Assembly (NCBI GenBank): GCA_030390025.1
Contig: JASTWF010000035.1
Location: 1 to 64,000 of the forward strand
DNA length: 64,000 nt
DNA from: Squalus acanthias
Lineage: Eukaryota
Reading direction: 5' to 3'
Positions 49,286-58,543 of the stretch are shown one piece after another. The notes beneath the pieces were generated by a model, which was not told the DNA's origin, did no database searches, and saw only the letters and a program-made list of their open reading frames with translations. The position numbers and the translations under genes are program-made. Position 1 is the stretch's first letter, and each line of letters starts with the position of its first letter.

Positions 49286-50910
49286 TGTAGAATTCGCAAT
49301 TATCGCGATTTCATTTTAATAAGGAGAAAACACAAAGTTTCGTTCAAAACAGCTTTTATTTCAGCGGAATGCTGTCAGGTTTAAATTGGACACAAGCAGC
49401 CTGTAAAATGGCCGCCGCACCTCGTGACAGAACATTCTAGACTTTTCGGCAGGCAGACAAGATGGCGTTCCAATAAACATTCTTGCAAGATCGATAACGA
49501 TTCAGCACAGTGAAGACAATACACAGGACATTATGGGTTTACAGTATAAACATCGATACTGGAATCGGTCTCCCAGGTACAAAGGAAAGCCATCAAGGGC
49601 CCATCCAAAGGACATTAGTATGTAAACTCCCAACGACTCTACGATGAGAGAGCCGTTAGCAGGTAGTTATACAGGACACTTGGAAGCCCCAAACCCCTCC
49701 AGGGGGAACACCGACCGATTTAACAATGGGAGAAATATTAACAGGTACTCAAACATTCAGGAGTAGCCCCGAAACCCATTAAGGACAGAGATCACCCATA
49801 CAGGACATTTTTGGGCGCCAAACCTTAAACAAAAGAATGGACATTGTAGTTGGGCGGGAAACGGAAGAACTGTGCACTATAATTGCAGGCCCAAACCGTC
49901 CATTCGCTCTCTCGCTCTCTTGCTCTTGACTCTTGCCGCTTGCTGCTGTTATCATCGTGGCTGCTCCTGTGTTTTATCCGGTCGATTCGTAACCTCGTGG
50001 CTGCTCCTGGGTAAAAGACTGTTGCAAAGACCTATGTTGGTAGCTGGCAGCGGAACCGAAGGCCCGGGATGAGAGGAGATGAGATGAGATGAGATGAGAG
50101 GAGAAGAGAAGAAGACCTTATCCATCGCCACGGTCAGTAAATCCCGACCGCGCCTGTAGGTCGATCAGCCAAGTCTTCTCGACAGGAAGTTTTCTTCTTT
50201 AACAAGACATATTGCATCGATGATAACTGGACTGTGCAAACACATCGTATCAGCGATATTGACAACGGTGCTCCACCATACCCTGTATCCAACCAACAGA
50301 GGTCTTCACTACAGCGGACGGTCCAGCCGACTGACCGAGCAGCAGAAGCAGTAAACAAGTGGGACCAGGAGATCTCCTGACCAACACGTGGGTGCTGCGG
50401 TGAAAAACATCCGATCAGCTATTCGGGATTTCTCCGAGTTATTACGAGTGGTGAGCATGAGTCTCGAGGTCCTACGAAGCTAGTTTTAGGATAGACATTA
50501 ATAGGGGAGGGTTTTAAAGATTAAGGATATTTGTAATGTGTGCCCTATTTACGTTGTGCTGGTCGTTCCTCGTTTCCCTAAGAGTGATTATAACCGTTTG
50601 TAAGATTGTACTGTCATTAATCTGTGCGTATGACATGTATTTCATAATTTTAAGTATCATGCAATAAAGATTTTCCATTTCGTACCATTCAAACCAAGTC
50701 TACATGAGTTTTATCTCCATTACTGCTCTCGCATCTAAGTCCAGTGTCTAGAACCGTAAGGGAGAGTGATTCGAACCACTCACAGGGGTGTCTAGTGTTC
50801 CCAGACTGGCTGGAGACCAGGCCTAGACCCGCACTGACATACAGGCTGCACAGAGCCGCGTGAATCTCACAGGCTACGAGACACGCAGGGTCAGGAGAGT
50901 ATCCCTTACA
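49286..50910 (+). mobile_element. ERV-2 5' LTR (GC box 49852, TATAA 49878, splice donor 50451, AATAAA 50663)
   Basis: TG...CA; these motifs are conserved in the diverged ERV-1 LTR. Confidence 0.93.
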
Positions 50911-50914
50911 GAAA

Positions 50915-52726
50915 ATGGCGACCGCGGCAGGACCCTGGCAGCGAGAGGGTAGTGTGTTAGATTTTGGAATGACTGTACGAAATGTGATGCAGGAAAAGAT
51001 AGCGGATTACGTGTTTGGAAAGGTTAATCTAACGAAAAAGTGGATAAGCGAATTGTTAGCGGATAAGAGCCCACTAGAGGCAGCTGAAAGGTGGACGGAT
51101 AGTAAGGAGCATAAAAAGGCAGTTGAGAAAGCAGTCTGGCTTATGTGCTACAAAAGGCAGGTTCAGATTTCAAACCAGACCAATACAGCGCTAACCGCTC
51201 GAATCAAGCAGTTAGAGGAGGAAATGGAGGAGAAGGTTTCTGGAGGGGAGGCGCTCATTAAGAGTTTAAATGAGTTACGCCAGGAAAGCCAGGAAGTCTC
51301 CAGTTACCTTAAAACAAGGGTAGAGTATCTCGAGTGCCAGATCACTGAAGCAAAATTAAACGAGAGTAGGATGAAGGAAAGATGTAACCGTCAAGCTGCC
51401 CAGATAAGAACTCAAGAAGAGAGCTTAATGGGGGTTAGGTCGGCGTATAAGTTGGCCCTTGAGGATAAGTTTCAGGGAGCCGACCATAGCGCCTGCGAAA
51501 AAGAGATAGAGAGCCTCAAAAAGGCCGTGAATAATGCGAACGGCATGGTGTGCCTTATTAATCCGTCGGCACGCCAGCCGCTAGTAAATGAGAGATTTAG
51601 AAATTCCCCACCAAGTAAAGCAGAAGAAGTAGTAGCCACTGCGCCCTCCGCGCCACCCAGCTATTCAGAAACCTGGGTTAGGGAGGAAGCAACGGAAGAA
51701 GCAAAAGAGCCCGTTGAAAAGGAGGTAGAAAAGGGATCGTTGTATCCAGTAACGGGTATTAAAAGGGGCCCAAGCAGAAACGGTGGGGAAGAACCGGGGG
51801 ATCTCCTCGGACAGCTGGTGTTGCCTCACAGTTCACATCAGCTGAGGGCCATGATAAACCACGTAAGGAAGCTGACCGAGATAGACGACCCTTCCGTACA
51901 TTTTAGGGAAGTTGAGCAAGCCGCAGCCATCAACGGCTGCGATGATGGGGAGACAGCAAAAATGCTGCTGTTCTCTTTAGATAGCTCGGTCCTTCAGTGT
52001 CTCTCAGGCGATAGCAAGAGGGGTAATAAAAGTTATGAGGAATTGAAAAATGAGGTCCTAGAAGTAGTGGGAGCGAACGACGGAGGTCCGTTTGCTAGAG
52101 TGGGACAGACAGTGCAGATGGAGGGAGAACCCCCGAAGGTTTTTGCCGACAGGCTGTGGCCAGTATATGAGCGCAGCTGTCTAGGTGCGCCCGAGCGCGA
52201 AGATGTGGAAGGCGCCGCTTTAATTCATTGGCTTAGGTGCATAATAGCCAACAGTTTACCAGCCGTTAGAGAGCAGGCAAAAGCCTGGTTCGATCCCAAT
52301 GACCTCAACCTTACGGAAGAGTCGGTCTTGAATCGACTCACGTTAGGTTACCGTAACATAAGGGGTATGGCAACACGTCCCTTTAAGGGAAGAGTACATG
52401 AGGTACGACCCGCAGCCCCGACTCAAAGAGAGTGGCATCAGGAGGGTAATCGCGCCCCACAGGCAAGTAATGCCTGTTACGGGTGTGGGAAGACAGGGCA
52501 CTGGCGCAAGCACTGCAGGAACCCTTGGAAGGATTCCAAGGATAAAAATCCCGCGGTCCGAGCCCAGACGCCTGTCCCGCCTAAGGAAGCAAAGGCACCC
52601 ACCTCTCCCGAAGACCTCGAAGCAGTGTTAGGAGTCATGCGCAAGATGGTTTTGAATGCGCGTGGACAGGTGGCGGTCGCAACCGGCCCCGTAGGTGCCG
52701 CAGGACCGTCTAATAGTACCCAATGA
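50915..52726 (+). CDS. gag: ERV-2 Gag (603 aa): coiled coil, Pro/Glu linker, capsid-like region, CCHC knuckle
   Basis: Position after PBS; CYGCGKTGHWRKHC; PPSY late-domain-like motif. Confidence 0.9.
   Translation: MATAAGPWQREGSVLDFGMTVRNVMQEKIADYVFGKVNLTKKWISELLADKSPLEAAERWTDSKEHKKAVEKAVWLMCYKRQVQISNQTNTALTARIKQLEEEMEEKVSGGEALIKSLNELRQESQEVSSYLKTRVEYLECQITEAKLNESRMKERCNRQAAQIRTQEESLMGVRSAYKLALEDKFQGADHSACEKEIESLKKAVNNANGMVCLINPSARQPLVNERFRNSPPSKAEEVVATAPSAPPSYSETWVREEATEEAKEPVEKEVEKGSLYPVTGIKRGPSRNGGEEPGDLLGQLVLPHSSHQLRAMINHVRKLTEIDDPSVHFREVEQAAAINGCDDGETAKMLLFSLDSSVLQCLSGDSKRGNKSYEELKNEVLEVVGANDGGPFARVGQTVQMEGEPPKVFADRLWPVYERSCLGAPEREDVEGAALIHWLRCIIANSLPAVREQAKAWFDPNDLNLTEESVLNRLTLGYRNIRGMATRPFKGRVHEVRPAAPTQREWHQEGNRAPQASNACYGCGKTGHWRKHCRNPWKDSKDKNPAVRAQTPVPPKEAKAPTSPEDLEAVLGVMRKMVLNARGQVAVATGPVGAAGPSNSTQ
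50916..50933 (+). promoter_or_regulatory. ERV-2 primer binding site, tRNA-Arg(TCG)
   Basis: TGGCGACCGCGGCAGGAC is the complement of the vertebrate tRNA-Arg(TCG) 3' end GTCCTGCCGCGGTCG-CCA (recalled sequence). Confidence 0.8.
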
Positions 52727-53848
52727 CTAGAGCCCACGCAGCCTGCCTACCTGTGTCCTTTTAAAAGACACGCACAGGAGGGGGTCTGCGGTGAGGAGGC
52801 CAGGTTAAAAGAGCAGGCCTTGCGGGAGGAGAACGCCCGCTTAATAGGGAAAATAGATAGGCTGGAAGGGCAGCTTAGAGAGCAGGCCCTGCGGGAGGAG
52901 AATGCCCGAGCAATGGGAAAGTTAGACGTGCTCAGGCTAGAAGGGCAGCTTAGAGAGGTAAACACAGCCTACAGGGTAGCCAGGAGCAGGGAGTATGAGG
53001 ATTTAAAAAAGGATAGAAATCTGCAGCCTCCAGCAGGTGAGATTTCACAGAAACAAGCAGGGGCGGTGGCCTGTCTTAAGGGAGGGGCCAGACCTGCGAA
53101 TGGGAAAACACAGCCCCAGGTAGGACCACAAGGCACACAGGCAGGCGTAGCAGCTTGCATCAGGGGAAGGGACATCCCAGACGATCATGCAGCGTTTTTC
53201 TGGAGTTGGGGGTTAGATGACGAAGAACCCAGGGCACCCTGGTCAGATGAGGATAGTGCAGATGAGCATAGTGATGATGACGGGTGGTTTCAGAGGAACG
53301 GTCTGGAAGGATTGGGGCCGCTAGGTAGAGATCCATACGGGGTGGACACACAAGCTGCAGGTCCCGACAGCAGGAGGAAGGAGCTAGAGGAGGCCGGGCC
53401 AGCCGCTATGTGGTTCCCAGAGGTGTGGCCGCCCGCTTTGAACGTCCAGTCCTCAGGGGAGGCAGAGTTCGCGAGTGAAGGGCCGCCTGCTGGGCCGAGC
53501 AGGGCGGGGCCCCGAACTACCAGCCCCGAGGTTAGGGAGGCGGAGTCAGCGGAGGCGGGGCTGGCGCCTGTGATGGAACCCCAGGTCATCCCGTTGAAGG
53601 TCTCGGGACCCGGTCCGTCCGTCACGGAGCCCCCGCCCATAGCAATTCCCCGTAGGTCAAGCAGAGTACCCCAGCCCAGGAAGATGTGGTCAGGTCCACA
53701 GGCTGCCCCAGGGCGTAAGTTTCAGGTTAAGATAACCCGGGTAGAGACAGGCCACATCGAAGCAGTAACAGGCTGCGGCAGATCAGAGGAAAGGGTCAGT
53801 GCCCTCCCACCGTCGGGAAGAGCTCGCAGCAGCCTTCTCAGGATTTAA
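52727..53848 (+). CDS. ERV-2 ORF2, in frame with gag after TGA-CTAG; non-enzymatic
   Basis: 373 open codons directly after the gag stop; no PR/RT/RH/IN motifs; C-terminal ~250 aa homologous to the ERV-1 integrase tail. Confidence 0.75.
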   Translation, partial: LEPTQPAYLCPFKRHAQEGVCGEEARLKEQALREENARLIGKIDRLEGQLREQALREENARAMGKLDVLRLEGQLREVNTAYRVARSREYEDLKKDRNLQPPAGEISQKQAGAVACLKGGARPANGKTQPQVGPQGTQAGVAACIRGRDIPDDHAAFFWSWGLDDEEPRAPWSDEDSADEHSDDDGWFQRNGLEGLGPLGRDPYGVDTQAAGPDSRRKELEEAGPAAMWFPEVWPPALNVQSSGEAEFASEGPPAGPSRAGPRTTSPEVREAESAEAGLAPVMEPQVIPLKVSGPGPSVTEPPPIAIPRRSSRVPQPRKMWSGPQAAPGRKFQVKITRVETGHIEAVTGCGRSEERVSALPPSGRARSSLLRI

Positions 53849-54132
53849 AGGGGCCGCCCTGAGAACGGGCGGCATTGTAAAGTTATTAGTTTAAGGTTTT
53901 AAGTTTTAGTTTAAAGTTTTAAGTAGTTTTAATAAGGTTAAGTTTGTAGTGTTTTTAACAGATAACGACAAAATGATGGGAGTTTTAAGGCTAGGTTTAG
54001 AGGAAGTCTATTTAGCAAACGTTGAAGTTTACGTGAGGCGAGGTCAGGGGACCCGCTCACCCTTCACAAAAGCCAGAGACTTTTTGCGAGGCTGGCTACC
54101 TCATTCTATCTGATCACAGGAACCAAGGAAGG

Positions 54133-56484
54133 ATGGAACGACTCATAGTATTGCTCGCGGCAATCGGATGTGGATTGGCCTATCGGGGCCTCACCAAGGA
54201 TGTCGTGGTGTTTGGATGTTCCGGGGACACGGCCCCCATCGCGGTGGATGGGACCGGGAGACGGAAGGCAGAAGGGACCAGCACCTATTTCCACAAGGGA
54301 AGGTGGCCAGGATGGCTGGGAACGAACTCAACGGAGTATTCCAGCACATCGGGGTTCGCCTACAAAGAGACTTCTTTAATGTGCCCCAAAGTACGGATCA
54401 TCGCACCCAGGATCAGCGTCACCGTCGGCAAACGGATTTGTTTGACCTGCAGTGGAAATGTCCCATTGAGCCGATGGTGGTGGCTGCGAAAGCTGAGCAA
54501 AACCATGAGGAACTCTTCGGTTGAGTGGGAGCGACTGGGTAATAATACCCATCGGACAATTACGGGGACAGATGGACAAGTGAAAGTCTGTTGGGACAAA
54601 TGGTGGGAACCGGATGAGGGGATTTATGTTTGTATGTGGGGGTCAAAGTACGTTTGCCCCAAAGGCATCTCCATATTCTTTATTAACCAGTGGCAGGATA
54701 ACGGACAGGGGATGAGGTGGGATGCGAGCACCAGGGGGTGCGGAGCCCCATACTCTCCGATCCCAGTAAATGCCACTGAGCTCATTACGCGCCCACGCAA
54801 AGCCCCGCCCACGATTCCGGTAGTTCTAACTGAGGAAGAGGGGTGCCCTAAAACTAGTAAGGGACCCGGGAACGGTTTGGTACTGGTCCCCACAGACCAG
54901 ATACTATTTCAGGGGGTACATTACGCGGTGGCCTCGGTGATTTTAAATCTCACTGAGGTACGGTTACCAGAGTGGTGCCCCAAAAAGACGGAACAGTTGT
55001 ACCAGGTCCTGTTGACCAAGATGTTCAGGCAATTTTACGAGTTTGATTTTGCAGAAATTGATAAGACAAGTTTATACACCGCACCGCAGGAAGTTTTGGA
55101 CCAAGTAGGGAGGCAAAGAAGGGGTTTGGTGAACGATGCGTTCACTGCTTTTAACACAGGGACATCTGTGGTCAACGCTCTAGACAGTGTGGAGCTGCAG
55201 ACCCAGATTAATGGTTTAAAAACACAGTTAAAGGATATTCTTACAGATGAGAATAAAGTGGTAGGGTCGGGTCTGCACGAGGACCAAGCCATGACACTCC
55301 ACTTAAAGGAAATCATAGCAGAGCTGGAGAAACATGCGCGTACGGTAAATGCCCTGATTAGGGAAGATCGGAATGCATCCGATCAAGCTGCGCAGAACGA
55401 GGTGTGCGTGCTTTACGGGGCGTGGTTACTGGGCGAGGGCCGCAGTAATTTGGAGGATTTAAAACAAGGTTTGGTTCCGTCCTGGATAAGTAACAAACAC
55501 CTGCGGGCGCTCCACCCTTTTCAGAACGCATTAAGTCCATGCCAGCTCAGGCTAGCTTCAGAAGCTTACCCAGTCCCCGTGGACTGCGGACGTTCAAACC
55601 ATACTATTATGGGGATAGTATTACGCATGCCGGTTTTGGGCAACACAGCAAAGCCCGCCCCGGTGTATCGGGTAGAGAACATTGGTGTCATTCAGGGGGG
55701 AGCCCACATTCGTTATGCAGCGGTTCCACCTTACGTCATCCGCTGGGAGCAAACGATGACAGGTACAGATCTCTCTGGTTGTCGTGGCAGGGGAGCACAC
55801 ATAATACTGTGCCCCCAGCACTTGAATGCCTTTTTAACACCACAGTGCGGGTTCAGAACGGCTGGCGCCAAGTCCATGAATTGCACCATGGAGGCAATGG
55901 CACAAGATCATGTGCCTCCGCAGGTAGCATACATCGGGGGTGGAACATACTGTGTTACCACTGCAGCGCAACACTACCAGCATGGAAACCGTAGCCGGTG
56001 TCCGGTGAGTGACAGCAGTTTCTGTTTCAAACCCAGGGCTGAAGTTCAAGTAGCACAACAGCGAATTATCCCAATCCCTGAACCATCCACTGTTCATCTC
56101 ACAGTAAAAGAGAATTTTACCGACTTGCAGCAATTTGTCGCACATTTTGGGTACCTCATTCCCCCTCTCCCCGAGCATTTAACCAAACTTCTGAAAGCCG
56201 TCGCGGTGTCACAAAAGCATTTTTATACATTAGAACAGAAAACCGTCGAGATAGGTACAGACATTTTGGACATAGTGGTTCCACCGTGGTGGAATCTGTT
56301 CACGAATATTGAAGTGCCTTCATGGGTCAGAATAGCCTCCCACATTTTAGTCGTCTGTCAAGTGTTTATCGTAGTATACCTATTGTTCATACATTGTAAA
56401 AGAGACAAGCGCCTCACCAAGCATGAGAACACGGGAGAGTGGCGAGAACGTTACGTGCGCGTGCACGATGAGAGCGCAGTGTAA
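54133..56484 (+). CDS. env: ERV-2 envelope / class I fusion glycoprotein (783 aa)
   Basis: Signal peptide, Ig-like segment, RQRR site (55111-55122), fusion peptide, HR1/HR2, TM, YVRV tail; conserved splice acceptor TCACAG at 54119. Confidence 0.93.
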   Translation: MERLIVLLAAIGCGLAYRGLTKDVVVFGCSGDTAPIAVDGTGRRKAEGTSTYFHKGRWPGWLGTNSTEYSSTSGFAYKETSLMCPKVRIIAPRISVTVGKRICLTCSGNVPLSRWWWLRKLSKTMRNSSVEWERLGNNTHRTITGTDGQVKVCWDKWWEPDEGIYVCMWGSKYVCPKGISIFFINQWQDNGQGMRWDASTRGCGAPYSPIPVNATELITRPRKAPPTIPVVLTEEEGCPKTSKGPGNGLVLVPTDQILFQGVHYAVASVILNLTEVRLPEWCPKKTEQLYQVLLTKMFRQFYEFDFAEIDKTSLYTAPQEVLDQVGRQRRGLVNDAFTAFNTGTSVVNALDSVELQTQINGLKTQLKDILTDENKVVGSGLHEDQAMTLHLKEIIAELEKHARTVNALIREDRNASDQAAQNEVCVLYGAWLLGEGRSNLEDLKQGLVPSWISNKHLRALHPFQNALSPCQLRLASEAYPVPVDCGRSNHTIMGIVLRMPVLGNTAKPAPVYRVENIGVIQGGAHIRYAAVPPYVIRWEQTMTGTDLSGCRGRGAHIILCPQHLNAFLTPQCGFRTAGAKSMNCTMEAMAQDHVPPQVAYIGGGTYCVTTAAQHYQHGNRSRCPVSDSSFCFKPRAEVQVAQQRIIPIPEPSTVHLTVKENFTDLQQFVAHFGYLIPPLPEHLTKLLKAVAVSQKHFYTLEQKTVEIGTDILDIVVPPWWNLFTNIEVPSWVRIASHILVVCQVFIVVYLLFIHCKRDKRLTKHENTGEWRERYVRVHDESAV

Positions 56485-56905
56485 TGGGAAAATGGCGTCA
56501 CTCCCGCTCGCCACGTGCGCCGCGGAAGTTTGTACTCACTGTAAATACGTTGGAAACTCGATATGTTTAAGAGTTGGGATTTGTTTTATTTTGGTGATGG
56601 TGTTGATTGTTTGGTTTTGGGTTTTTTTTTTTTTTTTTCCTTTCCCTGAATAAAAGACAAATATACAGGTGATGCGTGAGGTATCGGCCTGGTTACGCCG
56701 GGAAGGAAAACAAGTGGTGTAAGTTTAAGGGCAAATGATGCCTACGGTGATATAAAGTGTGATTTTTCTTGGGAAATGAGGACGACACAGAGACCCTAGT
56801 GAAGTTAAAATTTATGGGATTAATTTACTGGATTCGGAGTGAAATCGAGATAAGATTGCTCACCACTGAGTTTTTGATACGATAAGCGGAGTTATTCGCA
56901 TCAAC

Positions 56906-56914
56906 AGGAGGGAC
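56906..56914 (+). promoter_or_regulatory. ERV-2 polypurine tract
   Basis: AGGAGGGAC directly before the 3' LTR; identical context in ERV-1 (21077-21110). Confidence 0.75.
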
Positions 56915-58539
56915 TGTAGAATTCGCAATTATCGCGATTTCATTTTAATAAGGAGAAAACACAAAGTTTCGTTCAAAACAGCTTTTATTTCAGCGGAATG
57001 CTGTCAGGTTTAAATTGGACACAAGCAGCCTGTAAAATGGCCGCCGCACCTCGTGACAGAACATTCTAGACTTTTCGGCAGGCAGACAAGATGGCGTTCC
57101 AATAAACATTCTTGCAAGATCGATAACGATTCAGCACAGTGAAGACAATACACAGGACATTATGGGTTTACAGTATAAACATCGATACTGGAATCGGTCT
57201 CCCAGGTACAAAGGAAAGCCATCAAGGGCCCATCCAAAGGACATTAGTATGTAAACTCCCAACGACTCTACGATGAGAGAGCCGTTAGCAGGTAGTTATA
57301 CAGGACACTTGGAAGCCCCAAACCCCTCCAGGGGGAACACCGACCGATTTAACAATGGGAGAAATATTAACAGGTACTCAAACATTCAGGAGTAGCCCCG
57401 AAACCCATTAAGGACAGAGATCACCCATACAGGACATTTTTGGGCGCCAAACCTTAAACAAAAGAATGGACATTGTAGTTGGGCGGGAAACGGAAGAACT
57501 GTGCACTATAATTGCAGGCCCAAACCGTCCATTCGCTCTCTCGCTCTCTTGCTCTTGACTCTTGCCGCTTGCTGCTGTTATCATCGTGGCTGCTCCTGTG
57601 TTTTATCCGGTCGATTCGTAACCTCGTGGCTGCTCCTGGGTAAAAGACTGTTGCAAAGACCTATGTTGGTAGCTGGCAGCGGAACCGAAGGCCCGGGATG
57701 AGAGGAGATGAGATGAGATGAGATGAGAGGAGAAGAGAAGAAGACCTTATCCATCGCCACGGTCAGTAAATCCCGACCGCGCCTGTAGGTCGATCAGCCA
57801 AGTCTTCTCGACAGGAAGTTTTCTTCTTTAACAAGACATATTGCATCAATGATAACTGGACTGTGCAAACACATCGTATCAGCGATATTGACAACGGTGC
57901 TCCACCATACCCTGTATCCAACCAACAGAGGTCTTCACTACAGCGGACGGTCCAGCCGACTGACCGAGCAGCAGAAGCAGTAAACAAGTGGGACCAGGAG
58001 ATCTCCTGACCAACACGTGGGTGCTGCGGTGAAAAACATCCGATCAGCTATTCGGGATTTCTCCGAGTTATTACGAGTGGTGAGCATGAGTCTCGAGGTC
58101 CTACGAAGCTAGTTTTAGGATAGACATTAATAGGGGAGGGTTTTAAAGATTAAGGATATTTGTAATGTGTGCCCTATTTACGTTGTGCTGGTCGTTCCTC
58201 GTTTCCCTAAGAGTGATTATAACCGTTTGTAAGATTGTACTGTCATTAATCTGTGCGTATGACATGTATTTCATAATTTTAAGTATCATGCAATAAAGAT
58301 TTTCCATTTCGTACCATTCAAACCAAGTCTACATGAGTTTTATCTCCATTACTGCTCTCGCATCTAAGTCCAGTGTCTAGAACCGTAAGGGAGAGTGATT
58401 CGAACCACTCACAGGGGTGTCTAGTGTTCCCAGACTGGCTGGAGACCAGGCCTAGACCCGCACTGACATACAGGCTGCACAGAGCCGCGTGAATCTCACA
58501 GGCTACGAGACACGCAGGGTCAGGAGAGTATCCCTTACA
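56915..58539 (+). mobile_element. ERV-2 3' LTR
   Basis: Same length as the 5' LTR; one substitution noticed (CATCGAT vs CATCAAT near 57848). Confidence 0.95.
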
Positions 58540-58543
58540 CTGG

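Larger units (their letters stand above)
49286..58539 (+). mobile_element. ERV-2: complete, pol-less lokiretrovirus-like provirus (LTR-gag-ORF2-env-LTR)
   Basis: Two 1625-bp LTRs, 4-bp TSD CTGG (49282-49285 / 58540-58543), PBS, PPT, three open ORFs. Confidence 0.95.

Noticed and set aside
49872..50358. Small ORFs in the ERV-2 LTRs as accessory genes
   Set aside because: Short, non-ATG starts, not conserved in the ERV-1 LTR.
48186..56484. In-frame RDH-Env fusion by splicing
   Set aside because: Phase-1 donor plus 13 nt before the env ATG is out of frame and meets a stop.
58318..58543. C-terminus of the 875-aa pol ORF
   Set aside because: Antisense read-through into the ERV-2 LTR; the true integrase end lies at 48990-49281.
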